A stretch of DNA of 40,000 nucleotides from an uncultured bacterium (GCA_965649685.1 CBFGLU010000001.1:1-40000), one strand, 5' to 3'; counted from the stretch's first letter, positions 7,575 through 15,975 are shown. Notes: generated by a model not told the origin, from the sequence alone. Made by a program: numbers and translations.

Positions 7575-8750
7575 ATGACCCATAATCTGAACGTAACCAT
7601 CGTTGGTGGTGGCTTCGGCGGCGTGAAGGCGGCGCTTGAACTGGCCAAGGAGCCCACTGCCCGTATCACCCTGATTTCCGATAAACCTGATTTCCAGTAC
7701 TATCCAGCTTTGTTCGCGACCGCGACGGGTCACAGTCATCGTGAGTCATGGGTGCCTCTGCAAGAAATATTCGCCGGACACAAGAACGTCACGTTGGTGC
7801 AAGACACCATCGAAACCATCGACACGGAAGCGAAGGTGCTGAAGGGCAAGGATGCGTATCATTACGAAGAAGTCATCCTGGCACTGGGCAGCGTGACCAC
7901 CTATTTCGGTATCGAAGGGCTGGATACCTACGCGTACGGCATCAAGTCCCAAGATGAAATCCGACGTCTTCAGCAGCATCTGTGGGATGAAATGAGCGAT
8001 GGTAGCGATGACGAGAAGAACTATGTCATCATCGGGGCCGGACCAACCGGGGTCGAGCTTGCTGGTGCCTTAGGTGAATACCTGCGGACGCTCCGCCAAC
8101 ACTTCGGTATCCGCAAGAAACGGTTACGTATCAGCCTGATCGAGGCGGCGCCACGCGTGCTGCCGCGACTTTCCGAGCATACCAGCAAGGTGGTACACGC
8201 ACGCCTGACGGAGCTCGGCATCCATGTCGAGACCAACAAGAAAGTCGAGCGCCAGACGGCCGACAGCCTGATCGTGAACGGCAAGCCACTGACGACGCAG
8301 ACGGTCATCTGGACTTCCGGGGTGGCCAACGCACCGTTCTACAAGGCGAACGAGGCACAGTTCGATCTGAATGACCGTGGCAAGGTCAAGGTTGACGAGT
8401 TCATGCGATCGAGCGCCCATGTCTATGTCATCGGTGATAACGCCAATACGCCATATGCCGGGCTGGCTCAGACCGCCCTGCACGACGCCATCTTCGTGGC
8501 CAAGCATCTGAAAGGCTCAAAGAAGCCCTACAAAGTGGTGCCGCCGCCGTCGGTCGTACCGGTCGGCCACCATTGGGCCGTATTCGAGTGGGGCAAGCTT
8601 CGCTTCAGCGGCTTACCGGCCGCCTTCATGCGCAGTGCCGCCGATATCATTGGCTATCACGACGTCCTACCCATAGGATGGGCGTTCAAGGCGTGGCGGG
8701 CCCAGTCGATCAAAGAGCTGCGCGTTCCGTCCGCCGTCTCTGACGAATAG
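7575..8750 (+). CDS. ndh: Type II NADH dehydrogenase (NDH-2)
   Basis: Two dinucleotide folds are present: VTIVGGGFGGV near the N-terminus and YVIIGAGPTGVELAG. The start is uncertain. ATG 7575 is preferred, ATG 7539 is possible, and the 7440 start in the ORF track would overlap cyoE by about 100 nt. Confidence 0.85.
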   Translation: MTHNLNVTIVGGGFGGVKAALELAKEPTARITLISDKPDFQYYPALFATATGHSHRESWVPLQEIFAGHKNVTLVQDTIETIDTEAKVLKGKDAYHYEEVILALGSVTTYFGIEGLDTYAYGIKSQDEIRRLQQHLWDEMSDGSDDEKNYVIIGAGPTGVELAGALGEYLRTLRQHFGIRKKRLRISLIEAAPRVLPRLSEHTSKVVHARLTELGIHVETNKKVERQTADSLIVNGKPLTTQTVIWTSGVANAPFYKANEAQFDLNDRGKVKVDEFMRSSAHVYVIGDNANTPYAGLAQTALHDAIFVAKHLKGSKKPYKVVPPPSVVPVGHHWAVFEWGKLRFSGLPAAFMRSAADIIGYHDVLPIGWAFKAWRAQSIKELRVPSAVSDE

Positions 8751-8758
8751 GTTTTAAC

Positions 8759-8779
8759 GGGTCGAATATGACCCCTTTA
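8759..8779 (+). terminator. Weak hairpin after ndh (possible terminator)
   Basis: 5-bp stem gggtc/gaccc with a 6-nt loop, followed by cttta. Weak. Confidence 0.3.
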
Positions 8780-8804
8780 CCACATCCGAAGAACCATGTA
8801 TAAT
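8776..8804 (+). promoter_or_regulatory. Candidate tuf promoter (TTTACC-17-TATAAT)
   Basis: TTTACC at 8776-8781, 17-nt spacer, TATAAT at 8799-8804 preceded by TG. Confidence 0.5.
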
Positions 8805-8877
8805 TAACCATATTGCGTTGCGAGGTATTTTACGACTGCGCGCTAAATATAACTATTTAAAGGAGAATAAATCTCAA

Positions 8878-10059
8878 ATGGCAGATTTCGACCGAAGCAA
8901 GCCGCACGTCAACGTTGGTACCATGGGTCACGTTGACCACGGTAAGACAACCCTAACCGCAGCAATCACTCACGTGCTTGCCAAGAAGCTTCCAAGCGAC
9001 GTCAACGTTCCTCGTAACTACGAAGACATCGACAACGCTCCAGAAGAAAAGGCTCGTGGTATTACCATCGCCTCATCTCACCAGGAATACGAGTCTGAAG
9101 CTCGTCACTACGCTCACGTAGACATGCCTGGTCACGCCGACTACGTTAAGAACATGATCACCGGTGCCGCCCAGGTTGACGGTGCGATCCTGGTAGTTGC
9201 CGCAACCGACGGTCCATTGCCACAGACCCGCGAGCACGTTCTGCTTGCCAAGCAGGTCGGTGTGCCTAAGATCGTTGTCTTCCTGAACAAGATGGACATC
9301 GCTGACCCAGAGCTCGTTGAGCTGGTCGAAATGGACATCCGCGAACTGCTGGCGAAGAACGGCTTCGACGAAGACGCTCCTATCATCAAGGGTTCTGCGA
9401 CCAAGGCTCTCGAAGGCGACGCTGCCTACGAAGACGCCATCATGGAACTGGTCAAGGCTCTGGACGACTACGTACCTGAACCACCACGCGACATGGACAA
9501 GCCATTCCTGATGCCTATCGAGGACGTCTTCTCGATCAAGGGTCGTGGTACGGTTGCTACCGGTCGTATCGAAACCGGTGTCATCAAGCTGAACGACGAA
9601 GTTGAAATCGTCGGTGTGCGCGATACCCAGAAGTCAGTCGTTACCGGCATCGAGGCCTTCAAGAAGAACCTCGACCAAGGTCAGGCAGGTGACAACGCCG
9701 GTCTGCTGCTTCGTGGTATCGAGCGCGAGCAGATTGAGCGCGGCCAGGTCATCGCCAAGCCAGGTTCGATCACTCCTCACACCGAGTTCGAAGCTGAAGT
9801 CTACATCCTGAAGAAGGAAGAAGGTGGTCGTCACACCCCATTCTCAAAGGGTTACAAGCCACAGTTCTACTTCCGTACCACCGACGTTACCGGTGAGGTT
9901 GAACTGCCAGCTGACAAGGAAATGGTCATGCCTGGTGACACCATCACCTTCGTCGTGAAGCTGCTTGCTCCTATCGCTATGGAGCAGGGTCTGAACTTCG
10001 CGATCCGCGAAGGTGGCCGCACCGTCGGTGCCGGCGTCGTGACCAAGATTACCAAGTAA
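8878..10059 (+). CDS. tuf: Elongation factor Tu
   Basis: [32 protein letters not shown] motifs are canonical (DMPGH, NKMD, SATKAL). SD aaaggag lies upstream of ATG 8878. The 8818 extension in the ORF track is rejected. Confidence 0.97.
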   Translation: MADFDRSKPHVNVGTMGHVDHGKTTLTAAITHVLAKKLPSDVNVPRNYEDIDNAPEEKARGITIASSHQEYESEARHYAHVDMPGHADYVKNMITGAAQVDGAILVVAATDGPLPQTREHVLLAKQVGVPKIVVFLNKMDIADPELVELVEMDIRELLAKNGFDEDAPIIKGSATKALEGDAAYEDAIMELVKALDDYVPEPPRDMDKPFLMPIEDVFSIKGRGTVATGRIETGVIKLNDEVEIVGVRDTQKSVVTGIEAFKKNLDQGQAGDNAGLLLRGIEREQIERGQVIAKPGSITPHTEFEAEVYILKKEEGGRHTPFSKGYKPQFYFRTTDVTGEVELPADKEMVMPGDTITFVVKLLAPIAMEQGLNFAIREGGRTVGAGVVTKITK

Positions 10060-10080
10060 TCACGGTTCACACCTATGAAA

Positions 10081-10109
10081 ACACCCCGAGCGATCGGGGT
10101 GTTTCTTTA
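10081..10109. terminator. Bidirectional rho-independent terminator between tuf and the convergent 105-aa gene
   Basis: 9-bp stem acaccccga/tcggggtgt with A-run and T-run flanks on either side. Confidence 0.8.
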
Positions 10110-10126
10110 TGAGAATTATCCGAATG

Positions 10127-10444
10127 CTATTCGGCGTTGTCGTGATCGAAGCGCTGGCCTAATCGAACCGTCAATTCAGGGGGCTGTACGGTTTCGTTTA
10201 GGGCCAGACTGACCACACGTCCCGCGTCTATCCGACGAGTCACGATTTCAGGGTATTCGCGTAACATCCGTAAGGCCACCTTATCGGTCTTGAGCATAGG
10301 CGCGGTAAATTCGGTGATATCCGGGTCATTGATCACTTCTTCGTTGATGCGGCTGAGCACCGACAAGGCAAGTTGTTTCTTGACATGTTCGACATGCAAA
10401 AAGCGTTCACGACGTCGATTGTGTTCGTAGGATAGCGCACTCAT
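10127..10444 (-). CDS. Hypothetical cytoplasmic protein (105 aa), no recognisable family
   Basis: Clean ORF convergent on tuf. A promoter -10 box lies 6 nt upstream of the ATG. There is no TM segment or signal peptide. Confidence 0.6.
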   Translation of the reverse strand: MSALSYEHNRRRERFLHVEHVKKQLALSVLSRINEEVINDPDITEFTAPMLKTDKVALRMLREYPEIVTRRIDAGRVVSLALNETVQPPELTVRLGQRFDHDNAE

Positions 10445-10450
10445 AATTGT

Positions 10451-10479
10451 ATTATAGCATAAACATAATGAATAAGCAA
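10451..10479 (-). promoter_or_regulatory. Promoter of the 105-aa gene: TTGCTT-17-(TGc)TATAAT, then 6 nt to the ATG (predicted leaderless)
   Basis: Minus strand reads cTTGCTTattcattatgtttaTGcTATAATacaattATG. Confidence 0.6.
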
Positions 10480-10480
10480 G

Positions 10481-10509
10481 TTTACAGATACGACCTCTTA
10501 TGCTATGCT
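10481..10509 (+). promoter_or_regulatory. Candidate rpsJ promoter (TTTACA-17-TGcTATGCT)
   Basis: TTTACA at 10481-10486, 17-nt spacer, TATGCT at 10504-10509 preceded by TGc. An approximately 100-nt leader with SD aagaggag precedes ATG 10615. Confidence 0.45.
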
Positions 10510-10614
10510 AATTCGGTATAACAATTGTGTTGACAACTTGACCAGACATGAGCTGCCGTCGCGCATGACATGAATCGAGCCAAGGTTACGACACGCCAAT
10601 AAAGAGGAGTCATA

Positions 10615-10932
10615 ATGGCCAAAGAAGAAGGTCTGCGGATTCGTATCCGTCTCAAAGCATACGATCACAAGGTGATCGATCAGTCAGCAAAGCAAATCAT
10701 CGACACGGCTGTGCGCACTGGTGCGTCAATCGCCGGTCCGGTACCACTGCCTACCCGCAAGAGCACTTTCACGGTGATCAAGAGCCCGCACGTTTACAAG
10801 ACCGGTGGTGAAAGCTTCGAGATGCGCGTCCATAAGCGTCTGATCGACATTACCAACGCGACCCCGAAAACCATCGACAGCCTGCAGAACCTTAGCTTGC
10901 CTGCTGGTGTCGATGCCGAAATCCGTATGTAG
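10615..10932 (+). CDS. rpsJ: 30S ribosomal protein S10 (NusE)
   Basis: [26 protein letters not shown]...GPVPLPTRK...[20 protein letters not shown] is canonical S10. Confidence 0.97.
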   Translation: MAKEEGLRIRIRLKAYDHKVIDQSAKQIIDTAVRTGASIAGPVPLPTRKSTFTVIKSPHVYKTGGESFEMRVHKRLIDITNATPKTIDSLQNLSLPAGVDAEIRM

Positions 10933-10950
10933 TCAGTAGACTTCATCTGA

Positions 10951-10979
10951 AAACCGCCTCTTATGAGAGGCGGTTTTTT
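10951..10979. terminator. Bidirectional rho-independent terminator directly after rpsJ
   Basis: aaaccgcctct-tatg-agaggcggttt (11 bp) followed by a T-run. The A-run on the other side serves the convergent minus-strand gene. Confidence 0.85.
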
Positions 10980-10993
10980 AGTAATTGACGTAG

Positions 10994-11302
10994 TTAGTTT
11001 TTCTTCTTGTCGTCGACCGGTTGCACGTAGGTGCTTTCGGTGTCAGCCTGGGTGGCCTCGATCTTATCATAGATCGACTGAATGTCGCTCTGAAGGCGCA
11101 GGATCCAGATCGAGAACAGTACGACGACGGTACCGAGTACCAGCCAGTATACGGTCTGCCGTGTCAGGCGGAAGGTCATGAACTCACCGTTATCAGGTGT
11201 AAGCACGACGCCTGAAGCCTTCGCAGGGGCTTTCTTCGCAGCCGGGCGCTTGACCGGCTTCTTAGTTGCTGTTTTCTTGGTTGGGGTCTTTTTCGTAGCC
11301 AT
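10994..11302 (-). CDS. Small single-pass membrane protein with a Lys/Pro/Ala/Thr-rich basic N-terminal tail (102 aa)
   Basis: [29 protein letters not shown], then one TM segment ([18 protein letters not shown]), then a short helical C-terminus. The ORF track begins at TTG 11317. ATG 11302 is preferred. Confidence 0.6.
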   Translation of the reverse strand: MATKKTPTKKTATKKPVKRPAAKKAPAKASGVVLTPDNGEFMTFRLTRQTVYWLVLGTVVVLFSIWILRLQSDIQSIYDKIEATQADTESTYVQPVDDKKKN

Positions 11303-11308
11303 GCATAT

Positions 11309-11317
11309 AGTATACAA
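11309..11317 (-). promoter_or_regulatory. -10 element TTGTATACT placed 6 nt upstream of ATG 11302 (predicted leaderless)
   Basis: Minus strand reads gcgTTGTATACTatatgcATG. This parallels gcgTTGTAAAATagaggcATG at 28561. Confidence 0.45.
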
Positions 11318-11320
11318 CGC

Positions 11321-11349
11321 TTGTGCTTACATCACGTGTTTATTACAAT
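11321..11349 (+). promoter_or_regulatory. Candidate promoter TTGTGC-17-TACAAT, 11 nt upstream of ATG 11361
   Basis: TTGTGC at 11321-11326, 17-nt spacer, TACAAT at 11344-11349. No SD before the ATG. Confidence 0.45.
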
Positions 11350-11360
11350 GAAAATGATTC

Positions 11361-11702
11361 ATGACGAAACAAACAGGCAAAAGAACGCCATCTACCCAAC
11401 GTAAGACGGTCAGACAAACAACCTCTCAGTCGAAGCGGCTGCACGAGCGTGTCTTTGAAAGTGACGGTACCTACTTCCTGAAACTGGTATTGGTATTCCT
11501 ACTGGCTACCTTCTGGGTAAAATTCGGCACCCCATTTTCTTTAGGCGGGTTAGTCTTCACGGCCGTACCGGTCGGATTGCTGATCGGCATCCTGCTGGTG
11601 CGGATATTTGAGAAGCATCAGGCCGATCGGAAGATCTGGTATGCGCTTCTCATCGTCGTTGCCGTCATCACGTTCTACGACCCGTCCGGTATCGTCATCT
11701 AA
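11361..11702 (+). CDS. Small polytopic membrane protein with a basic N-terminal tail (113 aa)
   Basis: MTKQTGKRTPSTQRKTVRQTTSQSKRLHER followed by three hydrophobic segments. No family recognised. Confidence 0.6.
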   Translation: MTKQTGKRTPSTQRKTVRQTTSQSKRLHERVFESDGTYFLKLVLVFLLATFWVKFGTPFSLGGLVFTAVPVGLLIGILLVRIFEKHQADRKIWYALLIVVAVITFYDPSGIVI

Positions 11703-11716
11703 GCGCGGACTACCTC

Positions 11717-11746
11717 TTGACGTAAGGGGTATAAATGTGCTACGAT
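11717..11746 (+). promoter_or_regulatory. Candidate promoter of the rplC-led ribosomal operon (TTGACG-18-TGcTACGAT)
   Basis: TTGACG at 11717-11722 and TACGAT at 11741-11746 preceded by TGc. Confidence 0.5.
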
Positions 11747-11757
11747 TAAACGGTAAC

Positions 11758-11771
11758 TTATTACGTAATAA
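11758..11771. repeat. Perfect 14-bp palindrome TTATTACGTAATAA in the rplC leader or operator position
   Basis: The sequence is self-complementary and lies about +6 to +19 from the predicted transcription start. Confidence 0.6.
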
Positions 11772-11802
11772 CAACTCGTTCCTGTGCGAATTGGTAGGTC
11801 CA

Positions 11803-11832
11803 CTCCGGAAACCACCAGCCGCCGGGGATTTT
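11803..11832 (+). promoter_or_regulatory. Attenuator-like hairpin plus U-run in the rplC leader
   Basis: cuccgg (11803-11808) pairs with ccgggg (11822-11827) across a 13-nt loop, followed by aUUUU. It sits just upstream of SD gggagaaaagaagg. Confidence 0.3.
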
Positions 11833-11851
11833 AAGTGGGAGAAAAGAAGGC

Positions 11852-12466
11852 ATGAAAGCACTTCTCGGTACCAAGATTGGTATGACCCAGATCCTAGCTG
11901 AAGACGGGACCGCAACGCCGGTTACCCTTATTCAAGCTGGCCCTGTCACCGTGACTCAGGTGAAGTCCGTCGAAGCCGACGGCTACAACGCGGTACAGGT
12001 TGCATTCGGATCGGGTAAGAACCTGAGCAAGGCCGTCGCTGGACACGTTAAGTCCAGCAAAGTATCTCCGAAGTATATTCGGGAATTCCGCGTCGAAGAA
12101 CTGCCAGCCGACCTGAAGGTCGGTGACCAGATCGACGTAAGTGCATTCGCACTCGGTGACCACGTCGACGCGACGGGCACCTCGAAGGGTAAGGGTTTCG
12201 CCGGAACGGTGAAGCGTCACAACTTCAATACCAGCAAGAAGACCCACGGTGGTAACGGTAACGTCCGTAAGCCGGGTTCGATCGGATCGATGTATCCGCA
12301 GAAGGTCTTCAAGGGTAAGCGCATGGCCGGCCGTATGGGCGGTGAGCGTGTGACCGTGAAGAACCTCGAAGTCGCCTATGTCGACAGCGAGAACAACCTG
12401 ATCGGTCTGAAGGGTGCAGTGCCTGGCCCACGCAAGAGTCTGATCATCATCGGAGGTAACGCGTAA
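11852..12466 (+). CDS. rplC: 50S ribosomal protein L3
   Basis: MKALLGTKIGMTQI...; conserved operon position. Confidence 0.97.
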   Translation: MKALLGTKIGMTQILAEDGTATPVTLIQAGPVTVTQVKSVEADGYNAVQVAFGSGKNLSKAVAGHVKSSKVSPKYIREFRVEELPADLKVGDQIDVSAFALGDHVDATGTSKGKGFAGTVKRHNFNTSKKTHGGNGNVRKPGSIGSMYPQKVFKGKRMAGRMGGERVTVKNLEVAYVDSENNLIGLKGAVPGPRKSLIIIGGNA

Positions 12467-13083
12467 TGGCTGAGACTACCAAAGCAACTACTCCGACCCT
12501 GCCGAAGAGCGTCTTCGGTGTCGAGGTCGACAACCATGAGCTGCTGAAGCTCGCCTACGACAGCTACCTGGCAAACGGCCGTTCGGCTCACGCTCGTACG
12601 CTGGAACGAGGCGACGTCCGTGGTGGTGGTAAGAAGCCATGGAAGCAGAAGGGTACTGGTCGTGCACGTTTCGGTTCGACTCGTAACCCAATCTGGCGTG
12701 GTGGTGGTGTCGTATTCGGCCCGACCGGCAACGAGAACCACACCAAGCGCCTGAGCACCACTTCGAAGCGCGTCGCCGTTTCGCAAGCGCTCTCGCTCGC
12801 CAACAAGGCGAAGAAAATCGTCTTGAAGGATGTCAAGACCACCGGTAAGACCGCCGAGATCGTCAAGTTCCTGGAAGCTAACAAGCTTGACCGCAAGGTA
12901 CTGATCGTCGTCGACGAGAAGACGCCGGAGCTGATCCGTGCTACCAGCAACCTGCAGAACGTTCTACTGGTTCGTAGCACCTACCTGAGTGTCTACCACA
13001 TCCTGAACGCCGACCACATCGTGTTGGCACCTGCCAGCGTCAAGACCATCGAAGCATGGCTGACCGGAAAGGAGACTAAGTAA
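12466..13083 (+). CDS. rplD: 50S ribosomal protein L4
   Basis: GGGKKPWKQKGTGRARFGSTRNPIWRGGGVVFGP; start overlaps the rplC stop. Confidence 0.97.
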   Translation: MAETTKATTPTLPKSVFGVEVDNHELLKLAYDSYLANGRSAHARTLERGDVRGGGKKPWKQKGTGRARFGSTRNPIWRGGGVVFGPTGNENHTKRLSTTSKRVAVSQALSLANKAKKIVLKDVKTTGKTAEIVKFLEANKLDRKVLIVVDEKTPELIRATSNLQNVLLVRSTYLSVYHILNADHIVLAPASVKTIEAWLTGKETK

Positions 13084-13403
13084 TGAGTATCCTTATTACC
13101 CCACGGGCGACCGAGAAGGCCTACGGCCAGAGTCAGAAGAACGTGTATGTCTTCAACGTACCACTCGACGCCAACAAGCAGCAGATCGCCGACGCGGTCA
13201 GCGCGCAGTACGACGTCAAGGTCGCCAACGTAGCTACCGCCGTCCAGGCTGGTAAGGCTATCCGCTACTCACGTGGCAAGAAGCGCTACCCAGGCACGAC
13301 CAACCGTAAGGACACTAAGAAGGCCTATGTCACCCTGAGTGAAGGCAGTTCGATCCAGATCTTCGAGCAGCCTGCCGAACAAGCAGCAGAGGAGAAGAAG
13401 TAA
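13083..13403 (+). CDS. rplW: 50S ribosomal protein L23
   Basis: Operon position and L23-like sequence (ITPRATEKAY...). Acidic C-terminal tail. Confidence 0.93.
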   Translation: MSILITPRATEKAYGQSQKNVYVFNVPLDANKQQIADAVSAQYDVKVANVATAVQAGKAIRYSRGKKRYPGTTNRKDTKKAYVTLSEGSSIQIFEQPAEQAAEEKK

Positions 13404-14242
13404 TGCCGATTAAGCAGTACAACCCAACCACCCCTGCTCGTCGCGGCATGACAAGCCAGGACTTAAGCGACATTACGACCCGTAAGCCGCTGAAGAGCCT
13501 GACGAAGAGCAAGAAGCAGAACGCCGGTCGTAACAACGCCGGTCGCATCACGGTCCGTCATCGTGGTGGTGGTGTCAAACGCCACTACCGTCTGGTGAAC
13601 CACCGGCTTGCTCCTGGTCTGACCGCGACCATCGAGCAGATCGAATACGACCCGAACCGTTCGGCCCGTATCGCCCGCGTCAAAGACCAGCACGGTCTGT
13701 ACCACTACGTCATCGCTGACACCAGCATGACCGTCGGTAAGACCATCGCCAGCGGTGAGACCGCACCAATCGAAACCAGTAACCGTATGCCGCTCAGCCA
13801 GATTCCTGTCGGTACCAGCATCTACGCCATCGAAATCCACCCAGGTAAGGGTGCCCAGATGGTCCGCTCTGCCGGTGCCAAGGCGCAGCTGATGGCAAAA
13901 GAAGGTGACTACGCCCTCGTACGTCTGCCAAGCGGTGAAGTCCGTCGTTTCCGCGTGGAATCACAGGCTACCATCGGTACCGTCGGTAACGTGCAGCACC
14001 AGAACATCAAGGTCGGTTCTGCCGGTCGTAACCGTCGTAAGGGTATCCGCCCATCCGTCCGTGGTGTCGTCATGAACGCCGCCGACCACCCGCATGGTGG
14101 TGGTGACGGTGGTCGTCACGGTAGCGGTAAGGCGCCACGTACCCCATGGGGTCAGCTGACGCTCGGTTACCGTACCCGTCGCCGCAAATCAACCAACAAG
14201 TTAATCGTTCGAACGCGCCACGACGCGAAGAGGAAGAGGTAG
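13403..14242 (+). CDS. rplB: 50S ribosomal protein L2
   Basis: GRNNAGRITVRHRGGGVKRHYR, MNAADHPHGGGDG. Confidence 0.97.
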   Translation: MPIKQYNPTTPARRGMTSQDLSDITTRKPLKSLTKSKKQNAGRNNAGRITVRHRGGGVKRHYRLVNHRLAPGLTATIEQIEYDPNRSARIARVKDQHGLYHYVIADTSMTVGKTIASGETAPIETSNRMPLSQIPVGTSIYAIEIHPGKGAQMVRSAGAKAQLMAKEGDYALVRLPSGEVRRFRVESQATIGTVGNVQHQNIKVGSAGRNRRKGIRPSVRGVVMNAADHPHGGGDGGRHGSGKAPRTPWGQLTLGYRTRRRKSTNKLIVRTRHDAKRKR

Positions 14243-14245
14243 TTT

Positions 14246-14512
14246 ATGAGTCGATCACTCAAAAAAGGCCCATTCGTTGACGCGAAACTGGCCAAGAAGG
14301 TCGCCGCCCTTTCTAACGATGACCGTACCGTCATCAAGACCTGGGCTCGCGCCAGCACGATCACGCCAGACATGGTAGGCAAGAACTTTGCCGTCCACAA
14401 CGGTCGCGTGCACGTGCCTGTATATGTAACCGAGAACATGGTGGGACACAAGTTGGGCGAATTCAGCCCGACCCGTAAGTTCCGCAAGCACGGTGGAAAG
14501 GACAAGAAGTAA
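14246..14512 (+). CDS. rpsS: 30S ribosomal protein S19
   Basis: [12 protein letters not shown]...[22 protein letters not shown]. Confidence 0.97.
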   Translation: MSRSLKKGPFVDAKLAKKVAALSNDDRTVIKTWARASTITPDMVGKNFAVHNGRVHVPVYVTENMVGHKLGEFSPTRKFRKHGGKDKK

Positions 14513-14916
14513 TGGCTGACCAAACCACCGTCCGTGCCTACGCCAAAGGTGTTGAGATCGCTCCTCGCAAGGTGAGCGTCGTCGCCAGCCTCGTACGGGG
14601 TCGCAGCGTCGCCGACGCACTGGTCATCCTTGACCACGTGCCACGCCGCGCCGGAACTCCGGTCAAGAAAGCGATTGCCAGCGCCCAGGCTAACGCCATC
14701 AACAACCACGGCCTCGACGGCAAGACCCTGGTCATCTCGACCTTGAGTGTCACCGTCGGAACCCGTCTGCGCCGTTACAAGCCAGCTTCTAGGGGCCGCG
14801 CTTTACCATTCCAGAAGAAGACCAGCAACATCTTGGTTGAGGTAAGCGGCAACCTGAAGCCGGCTAAGAAGCCTGCGGCCACCAAGCCAGCAGCAAAGAA
14901 AGAAGAGGAGAAGTAG
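14512..14916 (+). CDS. rplV: 50S ribosomal protein L22 with a Lys/Pro/Ala-rich C-terminal extension
   Basis: Operon position and L22 core. The tail is KPAKKPAATKPAAKKEEEK. Confidence 0.95.
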   Translation: MADQTTVRAYAKGVEIAPRKVSVVASLVRGRSVADALVILDHVPRRAGTPVKKAIASAQANAINNHGLDGKTLVISTLSVTVGTRLRRYKPASRGRALPFQKKTSNILVEVSGNLKPAKKPAATKPAAKKEEEK

Positions 14917-14919
14917 CAT

Positions 14920-15555
14920 ATGGGTCAGAAAGTAAACCCGATCAGCTTCCGCCTCCAGGTTCACAAGAACTGGGACTCTCGCTGGTTCGCCGGCAAGAAA
15001 GACTTTGCGAACTGGTTGGCTGAAGACATCAAGATCCGCGACCTGATTGAGAAGCGGTTCAACTCACGCCCGACCATTCATCGCATTGAGATCGAGCGTA
15101 GCGCCAACCTCATCACTGTCACCATTCACACTGCTAAAGCCGGTGTGGTCATCGGTCGCGGTGGTGCAGGTGTTACCGAACTGAAGGGTCAGATCGAAAA
15201 GATCGTCAGCCTGCCAGTCCGTATCAACATCGAAGAAGTGAAGCGCCCGGACCTGAGCGCCAAACTGGTCGCCGAGAACATCGCGCGCCAGCTGGAACGT
15301 CGTATCAACTTCCGCCGCGCCACCAAGCTGGCCGTGCAGAATACCATGAACGCCGGTGCCAAAGGTATCCGTATCCAGGTATCTGGTCGTCTGAACAACG
15401 CTGAAATGGCCCGTCGTGAGAAAGTGTCGGAAGGTTCCGTACCTCTGCACACTCTGCGCTCTGACGTCGACTTCCATACCGCTCGGGCACAGATGCCGAA
15501 CGGTGGTGGTATCACCGGCATCAAGGTGTGGATCAACAAGGGTGAAAGGAGCTAA
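14920..15555 (+). CDS. rpsC: 30S ribosomal protein S3
   Basis: [12 protein letters not shown]..., KH domain [10 protein letters not shown]. Confidence 0.97.
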   Translation: MGQKVNPISFRLQVHKNWDSRWFAGKKDFANWLAEDIKIRDLIEKRFNSRPTIHRIEIERSANLITVTIHTAKAGVVIGRGGAGVTELKGQIEKIVSLPVRINIEEVKRPDLSAKLVAENIARQLERRINFRRATKLAVQNTMNAGAKGIRIQVSGRLNNAEMARREKVSEGSVPLHTLRSDVDFHTARAQMPNGGGITGIKVWINKGERS

Positions 15556-15560
15556 TCGAT

Positions 15561-15974
15561 ATGTTGTTACCGAAGAAGACGAAATATCGAAAAGTTCGCA
15601 TCGGCAAGAACAAGGGTAACGCGACCCGTGGCAACTACGTGGCATTCGGCGACTACGGCCTGCAGGCCCAGTCGAACGAACGGGTGACCAGCCGCCAGAT
15701 CGAGTCTGCACGTCAGGCGATGACCCGCTACATCAAGCGTGGTGGTAAGATCTGGATCCGTATCTTCCCTCATACTCCTGTGACAAAGAAGCCGCAGGAC
15801 GTAAAGATGGGTAGCGGTAAGGGTAACCCTGAATATTTCGCTGCCAAGGTAAAAGCTGGTACCGTCATGTTCGAAATGAAGGGTGTGCCAGAAGATGTTG
15901 CCCGTGAGGCGATGCGCCTGGCCGCACATAAGCTGCCAGTGAAGACCAAGTTCATTAAGCGGGAGGAAGCGTAA
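15561..15974 (+). CDS. rplP: 50S ribosomal protein L16
   Basis: [12 protein letters not shown]...; operon position. Confidence 0.97.
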   Translation: MLLPKKTKYRKVRIGKNKGNATRGNYVAFGDYGLQAQSNERVTSRQIESARQAMTRYIKRGGKIWIRIFPHTPVTKKPQDVKMGSGKGNPEYFAAKVKAGTVMFEMKGVPEDVAREAMRLAAHKLPVKTKFIKREEA

Positions 15975-15975
15975 G

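Noticed and set aside
10531-10548. Tandem TTGACA/TTGACC hexamers in the rpsJ upstream region as the rpsJ promoter.
   Set aside because: No acceptable -10 hexamer lies 16-19 nt downstream of either hexamer. The TTTACA-17-TGcTATGCT arrangement further upstream fits better.
11550-11915. ORFs 11550-11915(-) and 11608-11901(+) spanning the rplC leader.
   Set aside because: They overlap the 3' end of the 113-aa gene, the rplC promoter and leader, and the rplC start. They have no initiation signals, and their translations are low-complexity.
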